Below are positions 20,601 through 30,000 of a DNA stretch of 64,000 bases, piece after piece. The stretch is from the NCBI GenBank assembly GCA_945861645.1, contig CAMAVZ010000007.1, forward strand, positions 8,862-72,861, in the 5' to 3' direction. The number at the start of each line of letters is the position of its first letter. Position 1 is the stretch's first letter. This DNA is from Opitutus sp. GAS368 (GTDB lineage Bacteria; Verrucomicrobiota; Verrucomicrobiia; Opitutales; Opitutaceae). A program made the position numbers and the translations under genes. The notes under the pieces are model-generated. The model was not told the DNA's origin and searched no databases. It saw only the letters and a program-made list of their open reading frames with translations.

Positions 20601-21198
20601 CACGCTGCCGCAACTCATGGCGCGCACGCGTGGCAGTTTCGAGCTGGCGAGCCCGCAAGGGATTTTTCGCGGCCTTCAGCGTTCAACCAACAAACTCTCG
20701 CTAAGCTCGAAGGCCGTTGAGCTCGGGGCCACGGTTTTTGGGTCAATCTTTGGGGCGCAGAAAGTAACGCACGCGGCGGAGAAAGTTGTCGGCACGGCTT
20801 ATTTTATTGATCAACTCGCGCAGACTTTGGGGGAATTAAAATTCGAGCAGCTAAAGGTCCACGTGGTGCGCACCGAAAAACTCGATCTGGAACTTAAAAA
20901 TTTTAGACTGCGGACCCCCGATATTAGCCTGACGGGTCAGGGTGCCGTGACCTATCAAGCTGGGCTGGCGTGGCTCGAGCAGCCGCTCAGTCTGAAGCTA
21001 ACGATGGCTGGGCGGGGCAAAATCGAACAAATTTTGAGCAAGCTTAAGTTGCTCGATGGCCAGCGCGATGCCCTGGGTTATGCCACGCTGCGTGACCCGC
21101 TGACCGTGACTGGCTCCGTAGCCAAGCCAGATGCTTCCGCATTTTTTATCGGACTCGCGGCGAGCAAATTGTCCGATTTTTTTACCCCTGAGCCTTAA
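17629..21198 (+). CDS. Large hypothetical protein, AsmA-like (N-terminal TM anchor, beta-rich)
   Basis: 1189 aa; a single N-terminal hydrophobic helix, then alternating amphipathic beta-strand pattern; C-terminus LTVTGSVAKP resembles AsmA/TamB ends. Confidence 0.55.
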   Translation: MKLFRLSLIIGGLVMLVAVSLGTLAFNPAVQRWALLRGAKNQPSLRLDVADIAVGWSKVAVRGLTFQRAGLSVKLGHLTADYSLWEVLAQRRLSIHQLTVTDLLIDARSMAARPAALTTVASPVAALGLLAQWQLPGEFILDDIVIEGQVLLPGASPVLADLKLSGGQFAPGRVGTLQLKAVLKNPSASARVGVLHAQVKVQATQGPGNYFTQISASAIANAVGDPIVEQTQLKLAAELHQSPGGEKYSFRADTLVEGVPENILALAATLPRGAIEYAGQWSLKARTAQVEPFFLGGALPDFKINGSGQFVFNPDRTALTLQGKLQTDLSRLEALHAGWRDLGAVSVTAQFDIAGAGGIVRFNQLDVRVDGAQPMLVLQAKRGAPVNIKEQHLQIGPVDLGDELDLHIMGLPIAWLRPWVPPVELTGGLITGRLAVGVDQQRLRLRMVQPLRVAALSIAQGGQPWLNQAEVSLQAEALLAAQVWTVQVSALAMQTAAGDRLQAQVTVMLPVTPAPSLTIKANYTGDWPQLLAPWLPVGRIRSAGQLEISKTGEKITIHRCDLSLTGDQGVPLGQILALQPFTVDLPARRGWVNQAQPAIADHSGASDLMRVTWGAIPIDRLPFSLAGGQFSGIAAAGGFLLGAQGNQLTLRAEAPLNFRQLTWVQAGRSRVRDLQLTAQPSVEFTGADNFKLLTGDVLIQNTAGAKIFSGQGELARTAEIGLRGSLTLALELPALLAQPLWGGSPLLSAGRVSGEIRVAGNRLEQVEARLTSNGLVAATGNDALPVANLSFRMIVQPSGQVTVQAPLLLDRAGQRSDLNLKLELQPRVGGYTVAGRVSGAQVDYADAIAVGGLVSAAALPLLAAASAPAGVVKNNADATPAWAQYNGRVTLDVKAVHWGADWAMSDLTGQLGLEPTRLVLEQLSATMGEKSKFAAQGEIKFSAGVMPYALRANFSLPDFDAGKFFSALTPTKPPTIEGLFTAQGDFVGAGLTLPQLMARTRGSFELASPQGIFRGLQRSTNKLSLSSKAVELGATVFGSIFGAQKVTHAAEKVVGTAYFIDQLAQTLGELKFEQLKVHVVRTEKLDLELKNFRLRTPDISLTGQGAVTYQAGLAWLEQPLSLKLTMAGRGKIEQILSKLKLLDGQRDALGYATLRDPLTVTGSVAKPDASAFFIGLAASKLSDFFTPEP

Positions 21199-21286
21199 TT
21201 GGCTCAGGCGGAAAAATATTACGCACGGTGTACTCGTTTCTTGCCAAGGCGCCGGCTTGGTTCAATAAATCTTGGTCGCTGTATTC

Positions 21287-22102
21287 ATGTCGTTGCATCC
21301 CTTACGTTCACGGATTCCTTCCGGCTTAAAATTGTTAGATTGGTTTTTACGTGGGTGGACCGCACTCGTTTTTATTTTTCTCTATGTCCCGATCGCCGTG
21401 CTGGCGATTTATTCGTTTAATTCCTCAAGACTGAATATTGTCTGGGAGAACTTCACCTTGCATTGGTATGCGCGGTTGTGGGCGGATGGTCCGCTCATCC
21501 AGGCGGCAAAAAACAGTTTACTGATTGCCAGCGTGAGTACCTTTATCTCGGTCATTTTTGGCACGGTCGGCGCGTGGCTCTTGCATCGCTACCGGTTTAG
21601 CCTCGCGCGCAGTATCCAGACTTTAGTCGCGATCCCGATGGTCATGCCAGAAATTTTGATGGGCATCAGCTTGTTGATTCTCTTCGCGACGGCGGGGGTG
21701 AGCTTGGGCTTCACCACGGTGATCATTGGACACGTAACTTTCTGCTTCCCCTTTGTGCTGGTCGCGGTGCAAGCCCGCCTCCAGGGCTTGGACCCAGCCT
21801 TGGAAGAGGCCGCCCTCGATCTTGGCGCTACGCCCTTGCAGGCCTTCTGGTATGTCATCGTGCCGTGCCTGCGTCCCGCCATCGTTGCCGGCGCCTTGAT
21901 GGCTTTTACCCTTTCGATGGACGAACTCATCGTTACTTTTTTTATTCGGAGTGCCGCAGCGACCACGCTTCCCATCCAAGTCTTCGGCCTAGCTCGCGTC
22001 GGGCTGAATCCCATGCTCAATGCGCTCTCCGCGATCTTTATTGTCGCCACCGTGGCATTCGTGCTTTTTTCGGACTACCTGAATAAATTAAGTCGTCGGT
22101 AA
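21287..22102 (+). CDS. potC: Spermidine/putrescine ABC transporter permease PotC
   Basis: FLYVPI, YSFN, FTLHWY, LEEAALDLGA, FTLSMDE, TTLP. Confidence 0.9.
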   Translation: MSLHPLRSRIPSGLKLLDWFLRGWTALVFIFLYVPIAVLAIYSFNSSRLNIVWENFTLHWYARLWADGPLIQAAKNSLLIASVSTFISVIFGTVGAWLLHRYRFSLARSIQTLVAIPMVMPEILMGISLLILFATAGVSLGFTTVIIGHVTFCFPFVLVAVQARLQGLDPALEEAALDLGATPLQAFWYVIVPCLRPAIVAGALMAFTLSMDELIVTFFIRSAAATTLPIQVFGLARVGLNPMLNALSAIFIVATVAFVLFSDYLNKLSRR

Positions 22103-22114
22103 ATTTACCTATCT

Positions 22115-23137
22115 ATGAAAACACTGCAAACTATGCTCCTCGCGCTGACCGTACTCTGGGCCACGGTCGCTTTGCCTGCTGCCGGTGAAGTTAATCTTTT
22201 TGGCTGGTCGGAATACGTGCCGCAGGAAGTGCTTGATGGCTTCACGAAGGAAACTGGGATCAAAGTGAATTTTGAATCCTATGCTTCCAACGAAGAGATG
22301 CTCTCCAAGCTCGTGGCGGGGGGCGGCGCCTACGATGTGGTCCAGCCTTCTGATTACACCGCCGAAGTCATGGTCCGCCGCGGAATGTTGGCGCCGCTGA
22401 ATTTTTCCCTGCTCCCGAATCGAAAAAACATCGTCCCCGATTTGCTCGATCTGCCGCACGATCCCGCGGGCAAGTTCACCGTGCCTTACATGACCGGCAC
22501 CGTCGGTATTGTGGTTAATACGGAGAAGGTAAAAACGCCGATCACCGGCTACCGTGATGTATTCCAACCCCAATTTAAAGACCGCCTCGTTGTGCTGAAT
22601 GATAACCGCGAACTTGTGACTTGGGTGCTGTATTCACTCGGGCTTACCTCCAGTGATGTCAGCGCGGCGAGTCTGGCCAAGGTCCGACCCATCCTGGCGG
22701 CCTGGGTTAAGTTGGTGAAGGTGTTTGATTCCGACAGCCCGAAGACGGCTTTGCTGAATGGTGACGTCGATATCGGTATCGTGTGGAGCGGGGAGGCGGC
22801 CATTCTTTGGAATGAAAATAAAAAATTTAAATATGTCTTGCCGGTGGATGGTGCTCACCTGTTCGTCGATACACTGTGCATTCCGGCCCTCGCAAAAAAT
22901 AAAGCGACCGCGCATCAACTGATTAATTATATCCTGCGGCCCGATGTCTCCAAGCTCATCTCGGATAAATTTCCTTACACTAATCCAAACTTAGCCGCTC
23001 GGCAGTTGTTGACCGCCGACCAACTGGCTAATCCCGCGAGCTATCCCGCGAGCGGCAAGCTCGAGACTTTTCGTGATATCGGCAAAGCCGCGGCCGAGAT
23101 CGATAAATTAGTCACGGATCTTAAGAGCGCCCAGTGA
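22115..23137 (+). CDS. potD: Spermidine/putrescine ABC transporter substrate-binding protein
   Basis: Signal peptide; WSEY, FTKETGIKV, SNEEM, YDVVQPSDY, VPY..GTVGI, WSGEA. Confidence 0.9.
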   Translation: MKTLQTMLLALTVLWATVALPAAGEVNLFGWSEYVPQEVLDGFTKETGIKVNFESYASNEEMLSKLVAGGGAYDVVQPSDYTAEVMVRRGMLAPLNFSLLPNRKNIVPDLLDLPHDPAGKFTVPYMTGTVGIVVNTEKVKTPITGYRDVFQPQFKDRLVVLNDNRELVTWVLYSLGLTSSDVSAASLAKVRPILAAWVKLVKVFDSDSPKTALLNGDVDIGIVWSGEAAILWNENKKFKYVLPVDGAHLFVDTLCIPALAKNKATAHQLINYILRPDVSKLISDKFPYTNPNLAARQLLTADQLANPASYPASGKLETFRDIGKAAAEIDKLVTDLKSAQ

Positions 23138-23233
23138 GATCGCCCGCCTTACTTCGCCGGCCTTGGCGGTCATTTCAGATTCGGTCGATTGGGGTAGCGG
23201 CGACTGGCCGGGGCGCCGCTGATTAAGCTGCTT

Positions 23234-24118
23234 ATGCTGGCCGCCCAAATTCCCCCTCCGCTAGCCCTCGGCGATCGTCGCCGGCCCGGCTGGCGCGCTT
23301 GGGCGCTGATCACGCCGATGGTGGCTTGGTTGCTGTTGTTTGTGATCGTGCCGACAGCAATTTTATTTGTTTATAGCTTTTGCGAGCGCGATGAGGTGGG
23401 GGGAGTAATCTTTCATTTTACTTGGGAAAATTACCAGCGCGTCCTCGACCCAGTGTATCTATTGATCTTCGCCCGGTCGGTAGGCTACGCCGGCTTGACG
23501 ACGATCATCTGCGTCGTCGTGGGCTATCCGGTGGCCTATTATATTGCTCGCGCCACGGAGGAACGGCGCAATCGGCTCTTGTTGTTGGTCATGGTTCCTT
23601 TTTGGACGAGTTTTCTGATCCGCACGTATGCGTGGATTACTATTCTAAAACAGGAAGGATTGCTGAACGGCCTACTGCAGTCGATGCACGTGACGACTGG
23701 CCCCTTGAGTCTGCTCTACACGCCCACCGCCGTAGTGATCGGACTCGTTTACGCTTATTTGCCCTTCATGATTTTGCCGATCTACGGTAGCGCGGAAAAG
23801 CTAGATAATGCACTCATCGAGGCGGCCTACGATCTCGGCGCTGGCCCCCTGCGAGCTTTCTCGGCGGTGATCGTGCCACTGACGATGCCGGGGATCGCGG
23901 CGGGCACGCTCCTCGTTTTCGTGCCGGCGATTGGGATGTTCGCGATCACTGACTTGATGGGAGGCGCCAAAGTCCCCATGATTGGCAACGTGATTCAAAA
24001 TCAATTTCTACAAGCTCGTGATTGGCCCTTTGGCGCGGCCTTGGGGGTGGTTTTTATGCTGATGTTTGCGGTGACGTACGGAATTCTCCAAAGCCGTCAT
24101 GCGCGGCTCGAATCATGA
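23234..24118 (+). CDS. potB: Spermidine/putrescine ABC transporter permease PotB
   Basis: PFWTSFLIRTYAW, YLPFMILPIY, LIEAAYDLGA, RDWPFGAA. Confidence 0.9.
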   Translation: MLAAQIPPPLALGDRRRPGWRAWALITPMVAWLLLFVIVPTAILFVYSFCERDEVGGVIFHFTWENYQRVLDPVYLLIFARSVGYAGLTTIICVVVGYPVAYYIARATEERRNRLLLLVMVPFWTSFLIRTYAWITILKQEGLLNGLLQSMHVTTGPLSLLYTPTAVVIGLVYAYLPFMILPIYGSAEKLDNALIEAAYDLGAGPLRAFSAVIVPLTMPGIAAGTLLVFVPAIGMFAITDLMGGAKVPMIGNVIQNQFLQARDWPFGAALGVVFMLMFAVTYGILQSRHARLES

Positions 24119-25209
24119 GCGCTCCCGCAAATAGCATGATTGAGATTCGCGGTGTGACCAAACGATTCGGCAGTTTCACGGCGGTTAATGATATTTCGCT
24201 TTCGGTGCGCGAGGGCGAATTTATCACCTTACTCGGGCCGTCCGGTTGTGGTAAAACGACGCTGCTGCGCTTGTTGGCCGGTTTTGAAACTCCTGATGCG
24301 GGCAGTATTTTGCTCGCGGGCGAGGATGTATCGCACCTGCCGCCTTATCGGCGCAGTGTGAACCAAGTTTTTCAGAGCTACGCGCTCTTTCCGCATTTAA
24401 CCGTGCGCGAAAACGTGGGCTTTGGTCTGCGGATGCAAGAGGTCCCCGCCGCCGCCGCCGTCGAGCGCATTCGCGAGGCCCTGGCCACGGTTTCGCTCGA
24501 GCCGATGGCGGACCGTTTCCCGCATCAATTATCCGGCGGGCAACGGCAACGCGTCGCCTTGGCGCGCGCTATTGTGTGCCGCCCCAAGGTATTATTATTG
24601 GATGAACCGCTTTCCGCCCTCGACGCCAAATTGCGTCACGCCATGCAGCTTGAACTCAAGCACCTTCAGCGCCGACTGGGGCTAACCTTTGTGTTCGTGA
24701 CGCATGATCAGGAGGAGGCGCTCACCATGAGTGATCGAATTGCCATTATTAATCACGGCCGGATTGAGCAGTTGGGCGATGCGAGTGAGATTTATCACAA
24801 GCCACGGACGCCCTTCGCCGCGGATTTCATCGGACAGGCTAATTTACTCAGCGTCACTGTGCTGAGCCGTCATGCGACGACGGCGCGGGTGCGCCTCGAT
24901 GACGGACTGGAATTAACCGTCAGTGCCGCTGAGCTCCCCGCCGCGACTCAGACGGCCTTGATTTCTATCCGGCCGGAAAAAATTCATATTTCGAAACGCC
25001 CGATTGAAGCAGAGAATGTTTTTTCGGCCCGCATTCAGGAGGAGATTTTTCAAGGGGCGACGGATCAACTGTGGCTCGTCACCGATCAGGGCACCCGACT
25101 CCATGCACTGGTGGCCAATGAAAGCGCGATGAATGAGGCCTATCATGAAGGCGAGCGAGTTTACTGCAGCTTGCATCTCGATGATTTAGTGATTGTCCAG
25201 TCGGCGTAA
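24115..25209 (+). CDS. potA: Spermidine/putrescine ABC transporter ATP-binding protein
   Basis: GPSGCGKTT, LSGGQRQRVALARA, LLLDEPLSALD, VTHDQEEA; TOBE-like C-terminus; ATGA overlap with potB. Confidence 0.92.
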   Translation: MSAPANSMIEIRGVTKRFGSFTAVNDISLSVREGEFITLLGPSGCGKTTLLRLLAGFETPDAGSILLAGEDVSHLPPYRRSVNQVFQSYALFPHLTVRENVGFGLRMQEVPAAAAVERIREALATVSLEPMADRFPHQLSGGQRQRVALARAIVCRPKVLLLDEPLSALDAKLRHAMQLELKHLQRRLGLTFVFVTHDQEEALTMSDRIAIINHGRIEQLGDASEIYHKPRTPFAADFIGQANLLSVTVLSRHATTARVRLDDGLELTVSAAELPAATQTALISIRPEKIHISKRPIEAENVFSARIQEEIFQGATDQLWLVTDQGTRLHALVANESAMNEAYHEGERVYCSLHLDDLVIVQSA

Positions 25210-25269
25210 CCTCGGGCTGAGGTGCGAGACTGCTTGTGGTTGGCCTGCGCTTCTGGCAGCCTGCGGCTC

Positions 25270-26277
25270 ATGATTTCAGCGGTGCATTTTAAGAATTTTA
25301 AAGCGCTGCGCTCGACGGCGGTTCGCTTGGAGCCCTTCAATCTTTTGATCGGCCCCAGTGGCAGCGGCAAGACGAGCTTAATTGAGGCGCTGCTGCGCCT
25401 CCGGTACCTCGCGGGTCAAGCGACGGCCCCCGACCCAGCGAGTGCGTTAGCATTTTTAAGCGGCCCGCAGATTGAATTTCATTTTCACCCCCCATTTCAA
25501 AACGTCCGCGTAACCCTCGGCTGTCAGGCCGATGAACTTAGTTGTCATCGGCTGCGGGTAGATCATCCCCTGGGGTTAGCGGGGGCAGGGCAGTGGGCCG
25601 AGTTGCGTACCCAACTGCACGGGATTCGGGCTTACTTGCTAGATCATCAGGCGATGGGCGCGCCGGTGTTGCGCTCGGCGGGGACCGAACTGGCCGCTAA
25701 CGCCAGCAACCTTGCGGCGGTTTTGGCGCAGCGAGCCCAGCAAGCTCCCGTCGCCTTCGCTCATCTGGTGGCAGATTTTTGCCGCATCATGCCCGAGTTT
25801 TCTGGACTCGATTTTCGTGGGGTGGGCGAGGGGCACGTTGAGCTGCGGGCCGCGCTTCGCGATAGTCCCGAGCACCTCAGTTGTGAAAATTTATCCCAAG
25901 GGACTCTTTATCTACTCGCCATCTTGACCCTCGCGCATGATCCCCAGCCGCCGACCTTGTTGTGTCTCGAAGAAGCTGATCGCGGCGTGCATCCTCGCCT
26001 GCTGCGCGAAGTTCGAGACGCCCTGTATCGACTGAGCTATCCGGTGGCAACCGAGACGACTCGACCAGTGGTGCAGGTAATCGCTACCACGCATTCACCT
26101 TATTTATTGGATTTATTCCGCGATCATCCCTCCGAAATCGTCTTGGCGCACAAACAAGGGAACGCCGCGACCTTTGAGCGCTTAAGCGAACGCCCCGATA
26201 TTCTTGAATTAATGCGCGAGACTAATCTTGGTGACTTATGGTACAGCGGGATTTTGGGCGGCATCCCTGGCGATTAA
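25270..26277 (+). CDS. Soluble ABC-type ATPase (AAA_21/COG4637-like)
   Basis: KNFKAL, Walker A GPSGSGKT, signature LSQGT, Walker B LLCLEEADRGVHP, H-loop TTHSPYLL, C-terminal LGDLWYSGILGG. Confidence 0.85.
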   Translation: MISAVHFKNFKALRSTAVRLEPFNLLIGPSGSGKTSLIEALLRLRYLAGQATAPDPASALAFLSGPQIEFHFHPPFQNVRVTLGCQADELSCHRLRVDHPLGLAGAGQWAELRTQLHGIRAYLLDHQAMGAPVLRSAGTELAANASNLAAVLAQRAQQAPVAFAHLVADFCRIMPEFSGLDFRGVGEGHVELRAALRDSPEHLSCENLSQGTLYLLAILTLAHDPQPPTLLCLEEADRGVHPRLLREVRDALYRLSYPVATETTRPVVQVIATTHSPYLLDLFRDHPSEIVLAHKQGNAATFERLSERPDILELMRETNLGDLWYSGILGGIPGD

Positions 26278-26280
26278 TTT

Positions 26281-26985
26281 ATGCGAGCTCCCGAAGCTAT
26301 GAAGCTTGCGCTCCTCAGTGAATCGCCGGCCGATGAGGCCGCCCTCAGCATTTTAGCGGGTTATGCCCTCGGCGCACCATTCACTCGAGTGCAACCCACC
26401 TTGCGGGCCCGAGGCTGGCCTTCGGTGGAGCAGGTGCTGCCCGCAATTTTGCGTCATCTGCATTTTAATACGGAAGCCGATGGCTTGATTGTCGTCGTCG
26501 ATTCCGATGATTCGGTGGTGCACACGCCCCAGCACGAGGCGCCCGCTTATCATCACCCCGGCTGTCGCATCTGCCGGTTGCGTACAGTTTTTCGGCGGAC
26601 TTTAAAGAATCTTCCCCTCAATGCAGCTCACCCGACGCCCGCCAATACCGCTCATCCGCACGTCCGGCGCGAGCGGGTATTGCGCGCCGTGGGCTTAGCG
26701 GTTCCGGCCATGGAGGCTTGGTATTTGTGTGGACGCGACACGTCGATCACGGAGGCGGCGTGGACGCAGGGCCAAGCGGCTGGGCGCGTGCCGTACACCC
26801 GCAGCGAATTAAAATGGCAGGTCTATGGCACCGAGCGCCCTACTTTACCTCATGAGATCAAACGCGCGGTCCAGGAAGTGACCCGGCATCAGGGGGACCT
26901 TCGCCGACTGGAGCATGATTTTCCTCAAGGCTTCGGTTCGCTCGCTCGCGACCTGCGGAGCTGGAGGGCGGAGTCAGGGCGCTGA
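26281..26985 (+). CDS. TOPRIM-like (DUF4276-like) protein; alternative start at 26299
   Basis: LLSESPADE (TOPRIM-like Glu), VVVDSDD (DxD), AVPAMEAWYL; starts 3 bp after the ATPase stop. Confidence 0.7.
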   Translation: MRAPEAMKLALLSESPADEAALSILAGYALGAPFTRVQPTLRARGWPSVEQVLPAILRHLHFNTEADGLIVVVDSDDSVVHTPQHEAPAYHHPGCRICRLRTVFRRTLKNLPLNAAHPTPANTAHPHVRRERVLRAVGLAVPAMEAWYLCGRDTSITEAAWTQGQAAGRVPYTRSELKWQVYGTERPTLPHEIKRAVQEVTRHQGDLRRLEHDFPQGFGSLARDLRSWRAESGR

Positions 26986-27055
26986 AGGGCTCACGCCAAA
27001 GGATGGGCTTGCGCACTTCGGGCTCAACCGCAGAGTTTTAGTTCGTTTACCCTGC

Positions 27056-30000
27056 ATGAAATTTCCACGCGTTTCTCTAGCGGCGCTCATTGGGGCGCAG
27101 GCTCAAATCACGTTCAATGATTGTGCCGCAAAATTTATGCTCATCGCGCTCGCCCAGCAGCTGGCGCGGCAGGCGGGCACTGACCCCAAGCCACTCATCG
27201 CGCTGATCGCGGCTTTGCTGATTTCTCCTTACATTCTTTTGGGCCCGTTCTGCGGCTGGTTGGCTGATCGTTTCTCTAAGCGCACTGTCATTAATGGAGC
27301 ACTCGTGTTGCAAGTCGTCGCCATGGGTCTAGTCGTCGGCGCGCTCTGGCTTAAATTATTCTGGATCGTGCTGGCGGCTTTTTTCCTCTTGTCGGTACAA
27401 ACGGCGATTCTGGCGCCCGCCAAGCGCGGCATTTTGCTCGAATACGTCGGGCCTGAGAAGCTGTCCCGCTATGTCGGCTACATGGAGATGAGCGCCGTGA
27501 CGGCGGTCTTGGTGGGCTCCTTTGCGGGGGGCTGGCTATTTTCCCACTGGCTGAGCCTCGGCGCCGATCCGTGGCGGGCCGCGCTGCTGGTTAGTGTCGT
27601 GCTCTGGTTTCTCGCTGGGGTCGCGTGGGGGATTTTTCAATTGGCCCAACCGACCCCCGCGCAAACGCAGACGCCGTTTACTTGGCGCTTGTTGGTGCAG
27701 CATTTATCACTCACGGCGGAAGTGCACGGCGATCGGCCCTTGTGGCGAGCGACGCTGGGGATTTGTTTCTTTTACGGGATCGGTGGATTCATTGGGGTAT
27801 TGCTGCCGCAAGTTGCTTACGAAATGACGGCGGGCGGGGCGCGGACAGGGGCTATTTCTAGCGGAATGCTTTTGATGCTGGGGGTGGGGACGCTCGGGGG
27901 GAATTTATTTGCCGGACTTTTTTCCCGGCGTGGCGTTGAGCTCGGCTTAGCTCCACTCGGCGGGAGCTTGCTGGCCGGGGCTTTGCTCGGCTTGGGATTT
28001 ACGCCGCCCGGCACGGGACTATTTACCGGCCTGCTAATTTTGGCCGGGTTTGCGAGCGGACTTTTTTTGGTGCCACTCTATGCGTTTATTCAAAATCACG
28101 CGGGCCAGCATCGCCGTGGGCGGATTTTAGCTGGGGTTAGTCTACTCGATAGTTTGGCGGGCCTCGGGGTGAGTGGACTTTATTGGCTGGTGGCGAGCGA
28201 AGCGATGCTCGGGTGGAGCGCCCCGACGCAATTTTTCGCGCTCACGGGGTGCACGCTGCTGATGGTGGCTTACGGCCTGTGGCATTTGCCGCACCAAACC
28301 GTGTGCACTATCATGCGATTGATCGGTCCGCTATTTTATCAAGTTAAAGCAAAAGGTCGCGGACATGTTCCCGCCGCTGGCGCGCTCGTGATCTGTAATC
28401 ACCTTTCTTACGTCGATGCCGTGGTGCTCCAAATTGCGTCGCCGCGTCCCCTGCGTTTTGTGGCCTTTGCCGGTTTCTCGAAAAGCCCGGCGCTGCGCTT
28501 TCTATTTCGCGCTGCGGGTATTATTCCCGTTAACGCCAATAAGCCCATGAAGGGAATTCGGCTGGCCGCCGAGGCGGCAAAGCGCGGCGAATTGGTCTGC
28601 GTCTTTCCGGAGGGAACTATCTCGCGCACCGGTCAGTTAATGGAGCTCAGTCGCAGCTTCGAGCGCATCGCCGAATTGGCGCAGGTGCCGGTTATCCCCG
28701 CGGTGATCGATGGACTCTGGGGCTCCATTTATTCTTTCGCGGGCAATCGCTATTTATGGAAATCGCCGCGTCTACTGCCGACCGCTGTTTGTGTGATTTT
28801 TGGGCAGCCGCTTTTGCCCGGTCAATCGGATCGAGCCCATGCCCGCAGAGCATTACTCGATTTAGCGGAGGAGGCATTTCAGGAGCGTCCGATACTGCGG
28901 CGCCACCTCGCCCGGGAAGTGGTGCGTTCCCTCGCGCGGCGGCCACGCCATTTGGAAATTATTGATCGCACCGCTGAACGCCGCACGATGACAGCTGGTC
29001 AATTACTCGCGGTGGCCGCGGCGCTGTCGCGGCATATTGTTCGCCATATACCCGAGCAGCGGGTGGGCATTGTGCTGCCACCTGGGCTGGGCGCGCATAT
29101 CACCAATCTCGCCGTGGCGTGCGCCAATAAAACGCCCGTTAATTTGAATTTTACGGCGGGTCGATCCGCGATCGAGTCCAGTCTGCGTCTTGGAGAAATT
29201 AAAACGGTGATCACCGCCGATGCCTTGCGGGTGCGCATCCCCGATTTTCCTTTCCCTGCGCATACCCTGGATCTCAAAACTGAATTGGGTGCGATGGGCG
29301 GGAAACGCGCGATTTTCCCGTGGCTGGTCGCGGCATGGCTGCTGCCCAATCAGTGGTTTGCCGATTTGCTCGGGCTCCCGCGCGAAGGTGATCGGGCTGA
29401 GGCCGCCTTGCTTTTTACCAGTGGTAGTTCCGGTGAGCCCAAAGGGGTGGTGCTAACGCACCGAAATATTCTAGCCAACTGCGCGCAAATTTCCTCGCTC
29501 TCGATTCTCCCTGACACCGCAGTTGTGCTGGGCTGTTTACCCATTTTTCACTCGTTTGGCTTCACCGCCACTTTGTGGTACCCGCTGCTCCGAGGGTGCC
29601 GCGTGGTTACAGTGCCTAGCCCGCTCGATACGCGTAAAATTGCGGAGTCAATCCAACAAGAAAAAGCGACCGTCTTGCTGGGGGCGCCAACTTTTATTCG
29701 GCCGTTGTTGAAAAAAGCGACCAAGGAGGAACTCCAGTCCTTGGATTTGGTGGTCACCGGCGCGGAAAAATTAACGCTCGACCTTTACGAGGGATTTTTA
29801 GCGGCCTTCGGCATTGAGATTTTGCAAGCATATGGTCTCACCGAAACTACGCCCGCTTCTAATATCAACCAACATCACCCCGCTGCCACAACGCTTCATC
29901 CTCATCCCCAAATTGGAAAAAAAGTGGGTGCCGTCGGTCGTTTGATGCCGGGCATGACGGCGCGGATTGTCGATCCCGACACCGGTGCAGAATTGCCCAT

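Noticed and set aside
26915..27055. N-terminal extension of aas overlapping the TOPRIM-like gene (similar extensions at 3635, 16061, 24022, 40554 and 53541)
   Set aside because: Downstream ATGs fit the family N-termini better and remove or shorten implausible overlaps.
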